From contig OY760686.1 of NCBI GenBank assembly GCA_963663865.1, forward strand, positions 576,001 through 640,000: a stretch of 64,000 nt of DNA, in the 5' to 3' direction. Below are positions 9,080 to 20,800 of the stretch, in pieces. The notes beneath the pieces were generated by a model that did no database searches, had not been told where the DNA came from, and worked only from the letters and a program-made list of their open reading frames with translations. The DNA comes from Spirochaetota bacterium. GTDB taxonomy: Bacteria; Spirochaetota; UBA4802; UBA5550. Position 1 is the stretch's first letter; every line of letters starts with the position of its first letter. The position numbers were made by a program, and so were the translations under genes.

Positions 9080-11977
9080 ATGAAGAAACCTACTGAACAG
9101 GAAAAGAAAAAACAGCCGAAAAAGAAGCCCTCAAGCCAAAAGCCCCGCCCGGTTGAAGATAAACCGGTACAACAGGCTCAAACCACCGGGGACGCTCCAA
9201 ACAGGGGGAGATTGCCGGTGAGGATAATCAAGTCCGTGTTGAAGACGCTCTTTGTCCGGATTCCAGTCGCCTTTGCTGTTATTGTGCTTGTGGCCCTTAT
9301 TGCCGCCAAGGCATATCTGTCTTCGGAAAGGGTACAGGAGCTTGCGGTTTCATCCTTTAATTCGATGTCGTACGGAGAGCTTGACCTTAAAGTAACAGAA
9401 TTTGATCCATTTTACGGGTTTGTGATTGAAAACATCGTTATAAAAAATGGAGAGGAATTTGAAAAAACCGTATTCTTCGAAATGGAAAAGCTAGCTGTTA
9501 AATACAACTTTTTCAGGATGTTCAGCGCGAGCGTGAGAATACCTGAAGTCGGTATTTATAAGCCGAGAATATATCTTGAAGAAAAAAACGGTGTCTGGAA
9601 TGCAGCCAGGCTCATGAAACCTGCCGAGGCTGCTCCTGTTAAACCGAAAGAGCCTGAGGAAGAAAAAACGGAGGCGGCAGGCCCACCATCAAGCGAGATT
9701 AACCTTCCAATAAACGCGGACTTTTTCTTCCACTTTATTCTGGATGATATGCGGCTCTATGCCAAATCGTCGAGCTTCGACGCGAAAATGGAAGGGCTGA
9801 CTTTTACAGCGGATATTGATGTTCCGCCATTTAAAAGGATTCCCCTTTCCGTAGAGGCAGTCAACATTCTCAGAAAAATGAATATCAGTCTTAATCCGGC
9901 CGAAACAATAGACATTTCGTTTGTCTCTCCCGACGCTGAACTGAAGCGCCCGCTTGTACTTAACTGGAAGCTGGAGTTTAACGGAGGCGAGGGAGAAAAA
10001 AAATTCAACAGCAAATTTGCTTTCGGTACATACGATACTCCTGTCAGGTTCAAGAGAACACATCTTGCCCCGTTGAGCTTTATGGTCGGCTACGACATGT
10101 TTTATAATCCGGCCGAAGACCATCTGCGGTTGAATAATCTGGGAATATCATTTAAAGGCAAAAAGTGGCTTAGTCTTGCCGGCGATGTCAGGGATGTGAC
10201 CGGTAAAATCTCTGTTGATGTCAATATGACGGAAAGCTCCATATCTCTCAACGAATTATATCCCTATTATGTCAGTGTTACGGGCGACAGGAGCATGTTT
10301 TTCGGAGGGTTGATATCGCTCCACCCATTTTCCGTCAAGGGAGGGTTGGATGACCTCAATGTCCGGGGGACACTGTCCATGAAGGGAATACGCTTCAGCA
10401 TGCCCGGAACATCGGTCTCAATACCCTGGTTCGCCCTGAACTATGCCGCCGCGATGCGTGGGCCGGACATGGCGCTTGACGCGGCTTTAAGCATTCCCGG
10501 ACTGAGCTATGCGCTTGAGGGAGAAAGGTCAGGCAGCAACGGCGTCCATCTCGCTCTCGGTGTAAAGGGCTTTAACAATTTCAGCCGCGTTATTCTTGAT
10601 AAGTTCAGGTTCAGGTTCTACAATCCTCAGACTGGTTCAGATGCTCTGAGCTTCAATCTCGGAGCCGATGTCAGCCTTGCTCCTGCGATGGCAGGTTCTG
10701 TTGATTTGACAGGCTTCAGGTTTGTGAAAGGCCCGCTTCTTCCTATGCTGCCGGCAGGCATCAGGGAGTCGCTTGCCGGTCTGCCTCTGTCAAAACCAGT
10801 GAGCGCAGCAATGAATGTAAGATTCGGCCTGTCTGACGCGAAACAGGCCGCTAAAGTTAGATTTTCAGCGGCGGTTCCCGATTTCGAAATAAACGACCTT
10901 CTTCTTCAGGTCGACGCAGAAAACTATCCGCTCAGGCAGCGGGCGGTTATAAACAGCTTCAACCTTTCGAGCAAAGAGCGTCACCTCGATGTGAGCGCCT
11001 CAGGGAGGGTTGACTTAAAGACAGCTCCGCTCTCTGATTCAGACCTCAAGGTGTCGGTATCTCTCGACAGCCCGAAACCCAACATGCTTGGCCCGGTACA
11101 GCAGTCCGGGGCGCTTCGTCTTTCTGCTTCAATGAAGGGCGACCTTAAGACCGGGAAGGCTTCGGGAAGCCTGTACTTCAAGGACTTTGACATAAAGTAT
11201 CCAGACCTGAAGTTCTCGCTTGAGAAGCTGTGTATGGATTTCCCGTTCAGCTACTCTTTTGCTCCGGCCGGAAGCGGAGAATCACTTCTTGCCGTCAAGA
11301 AAGACCAGATCATTGACAGCGACAGGTTCAGGAAAACTCCCAACTTCACCATAAAGTCAATCAAGGCCATTCACCCCGCACGAGATATTCAGTTTGAATA
11401 TCTGAAGGATTTTCAGGCTTACATGGCATTCGGAAATGAACTTTTCCAGATTCTGGATATGCGGGCCTATGTGCTTGACGGCTCACTGTACGCCAAAAAC
11501 ATTCTTTTTGACCTGGGCGGATTGGACACCTCAAGAATGGAATACAAGCTTATACTCGATATAACAAACGTTGACATCAACAAGCTTGACGAGCCGGATC
11601 CGGCGAAGAAGACTCGTGCAGCAGAGCTTTCGATGAATGCAAACTTCTCAGGCAGGGGACTTAATGTCGAGAAGGAGCTGACTACATCCGGTTATATCAA
11701 TATACACAAGGTAGGCAAGGAGTTTGCGGACAGGCTTATGAAGGGCCTCAGCGAAGAGAAGGGGAAATCAAAGCTCGGCATCGCTCAGTACGCTGTTGAA
11801 AACTCTGTGGTAAAGGGCTTTAACTTTAACCTGAATAAGGGGCTAATGTACGTAACCGTAGACTTCGACAAAATGTTTCTTAACAATCTTGTCAGAGTCA
11901 AGGACAACAGGGTAATTTACGACAGGGTTCCGATTCAGGAATTCGTAAGGAATATAATGCAAAGTGAGGGTAAATAA
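9080..11977 (+). CDS. Large membrane-anchored envelope protein (AsmA/TamB-like, beta-rich)
   Basis: 965-aa ORF with an N-terminal TM helix followed by amphipathic beta-strand pattern; operonic with a YdbL-like gene. Confidence 0.6.
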   Translation: MKKPTEQEKKKQPKKKPSSQKPRPVEDKPVQQAQTTGDAPNRGRLPVRIIKSVLKTLFVRIPVAFAVIVLVALIAAKAYLSSERVQELAVSSFNSMSYGELDLKVTEFDPFYGFVIENIVIKNGEEFEKTVFFEMEKLAVKYNFFRMFSASVRIPEVGIYKPRIYLEEKNGVWNAARLMKPAEAAPVKPKEPEEEKTEAAGPPSSEINLPINADFFFHFILDDMRLYAKSSSFDAKMEGLTFTADIDVPPFKRIPLSVEAVNILRKMNISLNPAETIDISFVSPDAELKRPLVLNWKLEFNGGEGEKKFNSKFAFGTYDTPVRFKRTHLAPLSFMVGYDMFYNPAEDHLRLNNLGISFKGKKWLSLAGDVRDVTGKISVDVNMTESSISLNELYPYYVSVTGDRSMFFGGLISLHPFSVKGGLDDLNVRGTLSMKGIRFSMPGTSVSIPWFALNYAAAMRGPDMALDAALSIPGLSYALEGERSGSNGVHLALGVKGFNNFSRVILDKFRFRFYNPQTGSDALSFNLGADVSLAPAMAGSVDLTGFRFVKGPLLPMLPAGIRESLAGLPLSKPVSAAMNVRFGLSDAKQAAKVRFSAAVPDFEINDLLLQVDAENYPLRQRAVINSFNLSSKERHLDVSASGRVDLKTAPLSDSDLKVSVSLDSPKPNMLGPVQQSGALRLSASMKGDLKTGKASGSLYFKDFDIKYPDLKFSLEKLCMDFPFSYSFAPAGSGESLLAVKKDQIIDSDRFRKTPNFTIKSIKAIHPARDIQFEYLKDFQAYMAFGNELFQILDMRAYVLDGSLYAKNILFDLGGLDTSRMEYKLILDITNVDINKLDEPDPAKKTRAAELSMNANFSGRGLNVEKELTTSGYINIHKVGKEFADRLMKGLSEEKGKSKLGIAQYAVENSVVKGFNFNLNKGLMYVTVDFDKMFLNNLVRVKDNRVIYDRVPIQEFVRNIMQSEGK

Positions 11978-12557
11978 AACCATGAGACTTTTCGCAGGAA
12001 TAATAATACTGTCAATAGCCGCATCCATCTCGACGTCATGTTCGTCTTCGTCATGCTGTATGATCGCCCCGCCGTCAATAAACATGACGGGGCCTAAAAC
12101 TGTCATTGAGCGCCAGATAGTCGGCGACTACATGGAACTTGAGAAGGACGCGTGGCTGATATCAACGATTCAGGCCCCCGGAACCATGAGCGGCGGAGCG
12201 GCAGATGAGGAGCTGCTGAAAGCTGTTCGGAAGAGGGAGGCCCTTGCTGACAGGATTGCCGTATATAAAAAGGAAGGTGCGGTAGGGGAGGCTTCGACTG
12301 GCTATGCGGTGTACAGGCCAGTAAATGAATATGAAAAAGATTCCGAGAAGAAATCCGAATTATTAAAAATACTGGAGCAGGAGAACAGCGCACGAAAGGA
12401 GATGTTCTCAAGAAGCCTTTTCCTGAGCTCGAAGAAAGAACCGTCCTCAGCTGAAGTATCTGCATTCGGAAGGCTGTTCGCTGAGGAGCAGCGGTCCCGT
12501 GCCATGAAAGGCGAGGCAATTCAGGAAAAATCGGGTAAATGGAGTATTAAAAAATGA
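11964..12557 (+). CDS. DUF1318/YdbL-family probable lipoprotein
   Basis: Signal peptide with Cys; 'YKKEGAVGEASTGY', 'ENSARK..F' and C-terminal 'GEAIQEKSGKW'. Confidence 0.75.
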   Translation: MRVNKTMRLFAGIIILSIAASISTSCSSSSCCMIAPPSINMTGPKTVIERQIVGDYMELEKDAWLISTIQAPGTMSGGAADEELLKAVRKREALADRIAVYKKEGAVGEASTGYAVYRPVNEYEKDSEKKSELLKILEQENSARKEMFSRSLFLSSKKEPSSAEVSAFGRLFAEEQRSRAMKGEAIQEKSGKWSIKK

Positions 12558-15500
12558 AGAATTTTATTCTCCCGCTTTTCGCCGCGGCGGCCGTACTTAT
12601 GCCTTCCGGCCTTCTCAATGCGGCCGGTGAAGTCGAATTCAGCTACAGAACCATCCTTGACAGGGAGTTCAGGTTTAATGAGGGCGAATCAATTCCCGTA
12701 ACGGTTGAAAAGTCCATTCAAACCGGGGGAGACATTTCAGCTGACGGAAACTTTCTTTACTATTCGTCAAACAGGGAGAGCGGCAACTACGATATATACC
12801 TCAGGGAGTTGAGCAGCATCACAACCGTAAGGATAACGACGCATCCCTCAAAGGATACCGCGCCGGCTGTGTCTCCTGACGGTAAATACCTTGCCTTTGC
12901 TTCAAACAGGGAAGACCCTGAGGGCGACATTTACGTTATGAAGATTGACGCCTCTGAGGTCATTGAAGACGCAAAAAGCTCTGTAGAGGGATTTGCAGGA
13001 ATAGGCTCAGATGCCAAAAATATTACTCAGTATCAGGACCCTGTCTCAAGGACGGTTCTGATTATACGCGACGCTGACCCGGCATGGTCTCCTGACGGCA
13101 AGTGGATAGCGTTTTCGTCCAAACGAAACGGGTCCGAGAATATATGGCTTATTGGAAGAGACGGCAAGGGGCTTCGTCAGATAACAAAAAAGGGCGGGAT
13201 TCATCCCAGGTTTTCAGCGGACGGCAGACGCATAATTTACATTTCGCATCGCGAAGGCTCTGAGAAGGGAGATGTTTTTTCAATAACGGTGAGCGGAAGC
13301 GGAGAGAAACAGCTGACCTCTACGGAGACCATGAAGCTGTATCCGTCTTTCGGGCGCGGCGGAGACTTTTACTACACTGAGATTTCTGAAGATACAGACG
13401 GCAACGGATCAATCGGCCTGAATGATTCAGCCTCACTTGTCTACAGCAGCCCGTCCAAAGGGCTTTCGTACGCCATAACTCTTTCCAACGAGTCGTCATT
13501 CGGAGGGAAGTGGCTTCCGGTTTTTACTACAAAGGCTTTCAGCGGAGTGGTGCTTTACTCGGTACAGAAAGGCGACAGTATAAACCTTGCGCTTATTCCC
13601 GAGACGGGCATTATCCCCATTAAAATTGATGCCATGCGGCAGTACGATTTCGCGCTCAAATATAGAAATGAATATGAAAACGAAGAAAAGTATCTGTTAG
13701 GTCTTGAGATGGTTTATAACTACTACGGAAACGCGAAAGGTGATGAGCCGGTAATCTATTCGGCAAGGGCCCTTGCCGCAGCGGCCGTGGAGTATAAAAA
13801 AGCCGGCCGGAGTTCAGACCTGAAGAGGGTCCTCGGTCTGCTTGAAAAATACAACACTGAGAAGAACAATCTTTTCACGAAGGCAATGCTCGATTCAGCC
13901 AGGGCGCGTTCAGCGGGGAAAAGCGACATAGATGTTCTGAAACAGGCAGTGAGAAAGTCCGAAGGCGATAAGTCGCTGAAGGTTTATCTTCCCTATCTTC
14001 TTGAACTCTATGGAGACTCTGCTTCATCGCTCGGTCTGACGTCTGAAGCCTTAGATGCTTACGGAGCCATAATGAAAGAACATCGGGACTATCCCAAACT
14101 CAGCATGAGGGGAGTAGTCGGAAAGCACGCGCTTCTGTCTCTCGGCGGATTGAGCGCTGCCATTCCGCCTTCAGCCGTTGAGATTTTGAGCGGCGAGCCT
14201 GACTTTGACAGAGCGCTTGTGGTTAAGAAGTTTTTACAAAACGTTAAATCCGAAAAAAATTACGCGAAAAGGCTCAGCCTTCTTAAGCAAATTGCTTCGT
14301 CAAATGCTGATAACAAGGTCATTGTCCCCCTGACGGATTATGCCGCCGGCCTGACATACTTTCAGCAGGGCAGTGTCGACTCTGCGGTTGAAAAGCTCAG
14401 TGAGGCCGTTAAGGCGTCGAGAAAAACTGACCTGGTTTTTTACAGGGCCAATCTTCTGTTGGCGGATATTGAGGCAAAGCGTGGTCATGCCGAAAGCGCC
14501 GAACAGTACATTTCATCGGCAGTTTACTCATACAGACCTCTGTGGCAGGAAGACGATTTCCGCGGCAGGATAAGCTGGCTTATTAAATACTATGAAAACT
14601 ACGGCAACATGCCGCTGGTAAAAAAGAAAGGCGGAGTATACACGAACATTCTTAAAAAATACTCCGAGCTTATGGGCTTTGTTCACAAGAGAAAACGCTT
14701 TGAAGTCCTTTACAATGCCTATGGAGCGAGGTCACATGTCGCGTACATCGACCAGGCAGTGAAAGAGGGCGGAGAGACGGCGCTTAACAGGCTCCTTAAA
14801 GATTATGAAAAGGACCTTGGAGCTCAAAAGCTGAATTTCGATAAGGCCTTCATTTACGGGCTTGCCTATATCAATTCAAAATCCGGGATGTACAGGGAGA
14901 AAGCGGGCGAGCTGGAAAACGCGGTTTCCACAATGGCAGAGGCAGTCGTACATACTGACTGGGCCCTGTTCATTGATGATATGTTTGTTGATGCCTATGT
15001 TTTAAAGGGGTGGATATGGCTCTACGCGGACCTGAGGCGTTCTTCCTCGGAAGGCTCTGAACAGCGAATGATTGGGCGTTACTTCCCTTCTTATCTGCTT
15101 GAAAAAAACGTTCCGCTGTTTGAGAAGGCGATTATTGCAAATGATGAGAAGAAATTTCCGGACAGGGAGGGGCTGTTGTACCTGAATCTCGGGAACACAT
15201 ACTTTCTCCTCACGAATTACGCCGCGTCACTCAGGCAGTACCAGCAAGTGACAGAGTATATTCGTGATTTCTCTGACAGAAAAATAGAACTCAATTTCAG
15301 GTTTCACCTCGCCTACTGTTACTGGCAGAGCGGTGAAAACGACAAAGGCCGAGCAGAGATTAACAGGGCCCTGGCGCTGATTGACGAAGGAAGCTTTAAT
15401 CCTCAGACACGTTATACAGTTTACAAGTATTTAGCTCTGTTTGACCGTGCTGAAGGCAACTTTAAAGGGGCGGCAGAATGGTATGGCCGAATCCTTGATT

Positions 15501-16642
15501 ACGCGCAGAAGCACAAAATCAAGATCGACAGGGCGCGTTACCTGCAGGAGCTTGCGGCGTGTTACTACGAGCTTGGAAACTACGACCTGGCCGTAAAAGA
15601 GATAAAAAAAGCTGACATTCTTCTAAAAGAATATCCGGAAGATTCCAGAAATTACAAATTAAAGTGGTATGTGTTTGGTCTTTTCCCGGTGCCATTTTGG
15701 GACCTGGGTCAGGACAGCGTTGTTATAGGTGAAAATAAAATATTTGAGCCCCTTGATACAAGAAGCAAGAAAATGCTAAGCCTTTCGATGCTTGAAGCAA
15801 TTGAAAAGAAAAAAGGCAATTACAAAGACGCGATAGAGTATCTTAACGCAAAGGTCAGGTTCGTTAAAGATAAAAAAACGGTTGTCGACACAGAGACGCT
15901 GATAACCTCACATAATAATATTGGTTATTATTATTACAAGTCCGGCGAAACCGTCCGTGCGGCGGACTCGTTCAGAGAGGCCTGGAATATCTCGTCTGAC
16001 AGAGATGTTAATAATCTTAAAGGCGCCTATGTTTCATTGATGAATCTCGCGAATCTTTACGCAGTCATGGCAGAGAAAGGCGGGAAAGATACGTCTGAGA
16101 TGGAGAAAAATTTATATGCTATCCTCGATAATATAAACAGGTACAGAGTGGAATACGAAAACCTTGAATATGAATCAAGGCTGGAAGCTCTGCAGGAAGC
16201 TGCAAAGGCCCAGGGAACTGAAGTAAGCGAAAAGGAGAAAGCCGACCTTAGAAAGCAGGTGGCTGAACAGGCTTCAGGAATCTATTACAGGCTCGACGCG
16301 GCGGCAGGCATTTTAGGGTTTTATCTTGCGGAGTTAAGGATAAACAGCTTGCCTGAAAAGACCGATCCGGCTGAAATACTCAGGGAGCATGAAGTAATAA
16401 TAAGGTCCTATTCAGATTCATACAGACTTTTTAAAATGTCCGCAGAATCTGCCGAGCTTAATCCGACAGAGGCAGGTACAGAGCTTGCTCTGCGTATGCG
16501 GGTTAATATGGCGGTATGCCTCAAAAGACTTGGAAGATTCGGTGAAGCGGCCCAGGCTCTGGACAGGGCGCAAAAAGCAGCTCTGGAAAACGGATTCAAG
16601 GACCTGGCTGCAAAAATTGCGTCAGTTTCCGCATATAAATAG
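12554..16642 (+). CDS. Exported TolB-like (PD40 repeat) + TPR protein
   Basis: Signal peptide; PD40 repeats 'PAVSPDGKYLAFASNR' and 'PAWSPDGKWIAFSS'; C-terminal TPR-like helices. Confidence 0.8.
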   Translation: MKNFILPLFAAAAVLMPSGLLNAAGEVEFSYRTILDREFRFNEGESIPVTVEKSIQTGGDISADGNFLYYSSNRESGNYDIYLRELSSITTVRITTHPSKDTAPAVSPDGKYLAFASNREDPEGDIYVMKIDASEVIEDAKSSVEGFAGIGSDAKNITQYQDPVSRTVLIIRDADPAWSPDGKWIAFSSKRNGSENIWLIGRDGKGLRQITKKGGIHPRFSADGRRIIYISHREGSEKGDVFSITVSGSGEKQLTSTETMKLYPSFGRGGDFYYTEISEDTDGNGSIGLNDSASLVYSSPSKGLSYAITLSNESSFGGKWLPVFTTKAFSGVVLYSVQKGDSINLALIPETGIIPIKIDAMRQYDFALKYRNEYENEEKYLLGLEMVYNYYGNAKGDEPVIYSARALAAAAVEYKKAGRSSDLKRVLGLLEKYNTEKNNLFTKAMLDSARARSAGKSDIDVLKQAVRKSEGDKSLKVYLPYLLELYGDSASSLGLTSEALDAYGAIMKEHRDYPKLSMRGVVGKHALLSLGGLSAAIPPSAVEILSGEPDFDRALVVKKFLQNVKSEKNYAKRLSLLKQIASSNADNKVIVPLTDYAAGLTYFQQGSVDSAVEKLSEAVKASRKTDLVFYRANLLLADIEAKRGHAESAEQYISSAVYSYRPLWQEDDFRGRISWLIKYYENYGNMPLVKKKGGVYTNILKKYSELMGFVHKRKRFEVLYNAYGARSHVAYIDQAVKEGGETALNRLLKDYEKDLGAQKLNFDKAFIYGLAYINSKSGMYREKAGELENAVSTMAEAVVHTDWALFIDDMFVDAYVLKGWIWLYADLRRSSSEGSEQRMIGRYFPSYLLEKNVPLFEKAIIANDEKKFPDREGLLYLNLGNTYFLLTNYAASLRQYQQVTEYIRDFSDRKIELNFRFHLAYCYWQSGENDKGRAEINRALALIDEGSFNPQTRYTVYKYLALFDRAEGNFKGAAEWYGRILDYAQKHKIKIDRARYLQELAACYYELGNYDLAVKEIKKADILLKEYPEDSRNYKLKWYVFGLFPVPFWDLGQDSVVIGENKIFEPLDTRSKKMLSLSMLEAIEKKKGNYKDAIEYLNAKVRFVKDKKTVVDTETLITSHNNIGYYYYKSGETVRAADSFREAWNISSDRDVNNLKGAYVSLMNLANLYAVMAEKGGKDTSEMEKNLYAILDNINRYRVEYENLEYESRLEALQEAAKAQGTEVSEKEKADLRKQVAEQASGIYYRLDAAAGILGFYLAELRINSLPEKTDPAEILREHEVIIRSYSDSYRLFKMSAESAELNPTEAGTELALRMRVNMAVCLKRLGRFGEAAQALDRAQKAALENGFKDLAAKIASVSAYK

Positions 16643-16672
16643 ATTTTGCTTTATTGCCCGGAGGGGATCAAG

Positions 16673-17704
16673 ATGCCGCATAAAACTGTAATAAGCCTGA
16701 TAGTCCTAATTGCCTTTGCCGCAGCCGTGCCGCTCTATTCAGCCGAGGTAACTTTTTTCCTCGGGAAGGTCGATGCTAAAAGGCATGGACGTGTTTTCAA
16801 TGTATCAATGGGAGCAAAACTCGAGGCCGGTGATTACATTGAAACTGGTTCAAGAAGCACGCTTGAAATATCTTACAATGACGGAAGCAGAATAACTGTT
16901 AAGGAAAAAAGTGCAGTAAGAATCGGAACGCCGTCGGTCCCTTCATCGGAGAGCATTACCGTTGTGTCAGGAAATGTGAGAGGACGTTTTGCAAAGCTGA
17001 AAAAAGGTACGAACAAAGTATATACACCGACAACTGTGTGCGCCATTAGAGGAACTGAGTTTGACATTACTGTAAGGGGAGGAGACTCAAGGGTTGATCT
17101 GAAGGAGGGAAGCCTTGAACTGAGCAATCAGTACGGTTCAAAGGATATGTCTGCCGGAGAAAAGGTGCAGGGCGAGATTTCGGGACCGCTGAAGGAAGCG
17201 GAAAAAACCCCTGAGGAGTGGACAGCCGATAAGGAAAAGAACCTCGCTGAAAATCCGGGAGAGAGCGCACAGAGATTCAGGAAGCATCTTTCAGATTCAG
17301 AAAAGTTCGGAAAGAGCAGGTCGGAGGCTATCGAAAAGACATCAACGGTAGTAAAGTCGGCTGGAAGCGTTGATGAAATAGAGAAAGCCGGGAAAGATAT
17401 AGAGGCGGCAGAAGAGACTGCGGAAGATGATCTGTATCTCTCGGAAGGTACGGCGCTTTCTGTTTCATCGATAACTGAGGATTTTGAGACCAGGAAGGGG
17501 GACATCTACGAAAGCTTTAAAAAGCTTCGGGATGAAGCGAATCGGGTATCTGAGCAGAAAATGCAAAACTACCAGGCGATTCAGGCAGTGAAAGAGGAGT
17601 ATAAAAAAGCGCGCGAAGCGATAATGAACAAGTTTCAGGACGACAGAAACAGGATTCTTGACGGTGTTAAATCCAAAAATCTGAAGCCGGATATGAACTT
17701 TTAG
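16673..17704 (+). CDS. Exported FecR-domain protein with coiled-coil C-terminus
   Basis: Signal peptide; FecR motifs 'GDYIETG..S', 'TPTTVCAIRGTEF' and 'EGSLEL'. GGAGG RBS upstream of ATG 16673. Confidence 0.8.
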   Translation: MPHKTVISLIVLIAFAAAVPLYSAEVTFFLGKVDAKRHGRVFNVSMGAKLEAGDYIETGSRSTLEISYNDGSRITVKEKSAVRIGTPSVPSSESITVVSGNVRGRFAKLKKGTNKVYTPTTVCAIRGTEFDITVRGGDSRVDLKEGSLELSNQYGSKDMSAGEKVQGEISGPLKEAEKTPEEWTADKEKNLAENPGESAQRFRKHLSDSEKFGKSRSEAIEKTSTVVKSAGSVDEIEKAGKDIEAAEETAEDDLYLSEGTALSVSSITEDFETRKGDIYESFKKLRDEANRVSEQKMQNYQAIQAVKEEYKKAREAIMNKFQDDRNRILDGVKSKNLKPDMNF

Positions 17705-17786
17705 AAGAACATCTTTAGAACAGACCTAAATCAAAGCTTACTCTCTACCCGAATAACTGTAATAATAGCGTTAAAGACGTTTATAC

Positions 17787-17822
17787 AAAAAGAGAGCAGC
17801 CTCTCAGGGCTGCTCTCTTTTT
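17787..17822. terminator. Bidirectional rho-independent terminator
   Basis: AAAAAGAGAGCAGCC-loop-GGCTGCTCTCTTTTT between convergent genes. Confidence 0.85.
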
Positions 17823-17839
17823 GTATGCATGGATCAGGA

Positions 17840-20800
17840 TTATGACCTGATAACTTTTCTGTCTATCGTCACAATCTGCTCATTCTCTTTTTCTATCAGG
17901 TCGACCACATCGTCTCCTGACCTGAAGCGAAGTACGTTGAGCATGAATATCTCAAGCTTGTTGATGATATTCGGAGGCAGAATCTCTCCGTCAATTTCAA
18001 CTGACATTACCGGCAGGCGGTTGTCTCTCGCCCAGGGGGTAATGAGACCTTCAATAACTCGGCCAATCAGGCAGGCAAAAGGCGAAATATTTACCACGCC
18101 CGAGTAGTCGTCCATGAGCGCTGTTGCGGCCGCTCCGGACGAGATTGAGATTTCTGATTCGAGCTCATTTGTAACGAAAAGTGTATTCGCGTTGCGCATG
18201 ATCCTGTTCATATCATGCGGTGTTTTTGGAATAAGGCCTGTGGCTGACAGAGCTTTTTTGACCTTCTTGTCTACATGGTGTTTCCACATCTTCTCAATGT
18301 GCCACATGATGATATCTCTGTGCGTCTTTGAGAAAAGTTTTTTGTAGAAAGGCAGAAGAGCATATTTCTTGTCAAGCTCATACTTTCTGGTATAGTCGCA
18401 GTAGTAAATCCATTCCGCAATGCCCGAAACCTTGGCAATAATTCCGCGCTTGCTCATGAGCATAATAAGCTCGTCGACAGCGAAGTCATCGCGGCGCACG
18501 TAAATTTCCCCGACGACAAGCACCTTTGGTGTCTTTGCCATTTCCCGTTTAAGCGGAATGCGGGAAATTTCAGAGGCTATCCGTCTGAGAGCCGGAACCA
18601 TCTTTGAAGCGTCTTTTTCTGAGATGTCAATGAGCTCCTGCCACAGCTCATCGTATTTTGCAATGGCTGTCTGCGGGTCAACGGCGCATGTTCTCAGTGA
18701 AGTCTCAATATCCTTCATATAATCAGAAGCTACAACGCTCCACCACATATGCTTTGAAAACTCAGGGCCAAGCTCGTTGTATGAATTTTCCGAATCAAGC
18801 GTTACAACGATAACATTCTCAAGTCCCATATCCTTAAAGAGGTTTTCGTAGAAAATGTAGTACTGCCCCGTACGACAGGGTCCTCTTGTTGTCGGGCAGA
18901 ACACCATGTATATTTCAGTCCGGTCATATCTGTCGGACATGAGATACTGAAGGGCCTCGCCGAGAACAAGCTGTGACGGAAGGCACTCCTTGCCTGACAT
19001 GTTATTTCTTGCCATCTGGAGCACGAAAGAGTCCGGAACAGGAAGCGCTTCGGCGTTTACCCCGACGCCTCTGAGAGCCGCGGCCATAAGCTCTGTTGAC
19101 AGCCTTCCCATGTTTGCCAGAAGCATCTTGACCCTGGGGTTGTTGAAAATAGGTATTTGCTCACCAGTCTTTTCATCGAGAAGGTGCAGTGGATCAGCTC
19201 CGTTATTAATGAAGCGGAGGCCGTTGTCAAAACGCTCTTTTTCCCCGTGAGAGATGTTTCTGTAGCCTTCAATGATATCAAGGAAGGCTTCAACGCGCGT
19301 GTCAACACCGGCGTCGGCAGAATGCGAATCAAGCTCAAGAACCAGGAAGGGCTTAATCCCCATGAACCATCTGACATAGTGCAGCATGAATGAATCGGGA
19401 GCGCATGAAAAGTTTGTGATATACGTGACGAAAATGTTATCCTCTTTCTTCAGGAAGGAGGCTGCCCTCATGTCCTGCTGTCCGTAATACCAGTACATGT
19501 TGTCAAAAATCTTTGCTTCTTTGAAAGGAAGCATGTCGAAAGGTATTATCGAATAGCCGCGGCTCGTAAACTTCAAGGGTATTCCCATATTCGCATCTTT
19601 TGTGAAGGCGTTGTATGGGCGACCGAGCAGGGCAATGACAGGCCTGTCAGCTTTGCGTGCATCTTCGAGGGCTTTTACTCCCATCTCCTGATACGCTGCA
19701 GCGAATTCGAGCTGTTTAGCGTATGCCTTATTGAAAGCCGAGCGCGTCTCGCTGTCTGACACGCCTAATGATTTCCCGAGTTCGTAGAATCCTTCAAGGG
19801 CCTTCTCTGTTCCGTATTTAAAGCTTACAATGGGAGCGAGGAAGCGTGATTCATCAATATCCGGGAATGCCTTCTTGATATAGTATGGAAGACTCTGCGT
19901 GATGGGGCAGAAGTTGGCGTGAACATCCTTTTCGTAGCTCGGCATATCCCGGAAATGCGGCACAAAGATATAGTCGAAACCTCTGGATATAATGTTCTGA
20001 ACCGCGCCGTGAGCAATCTCTGCCGGAAAGCAGTAGGCGCTTTCCATCCTGGCGACTCCCTCATGTTCTATTTCATCAGAGAGTGCGATCTCAATACCGA
20101 GTTCATGGAAGAACCAGGAATAGAGCGGCCACAGGGTGTAGATGGAGAAGGCTTTTGGAATACCTACGGTAAAATCACGTTTTTTTGAGAATGTCTCAGT
20201 AGACGGGGCGAATGTCTTAAAGAGCATTTCGTCGCGTTTCTCAATGTAATTGAAAATGCTGTTTTCTTCGAATACCTTTTTCTTTCTTATGTTGGCGTAC
20301 TTGTTACAGCGTCCTCCAAACATGTACTTGTGCCCGTTAACGTTAAGAACTCGTATCGGACAGTAATTGTCGCAGGCCTGGCATTTAAACTCGCGTTCAT
20401 ATACAATCTCTGAGGCGAGAATGGTGTCAATATCGAATGAGCCTTTCTCAATGAATCCATCCTGGAGCTTTTGTTTAGCGAGGATTCCGACGCCGAAGCA
20501 GCCGAGCAGCTCCGGGTCTGGCGGAATTACAATGTTTTTGTTGAGGAGCATGGCGAATGCGAGAGGAACAGCTTTGTTCTTCGCGACACCGCCCTGAAGA
20601 ACGATGTTCTGGCCTACCGACCTGTTGCCTACGACACGGTTCAGGTAGTTCGCGACAATTGAAGTTATGATGCCTGCTGTAATATCCTCCCTTGACGAAC
20701 CATGCTGTATGGCCTTTCTAATGTCGGAGTTGATGAACGCTGAACATGTTTCGCCGAATTTGAGAGGAGCCTGCGCTTTAACCGCGATATCGCCTATCTC

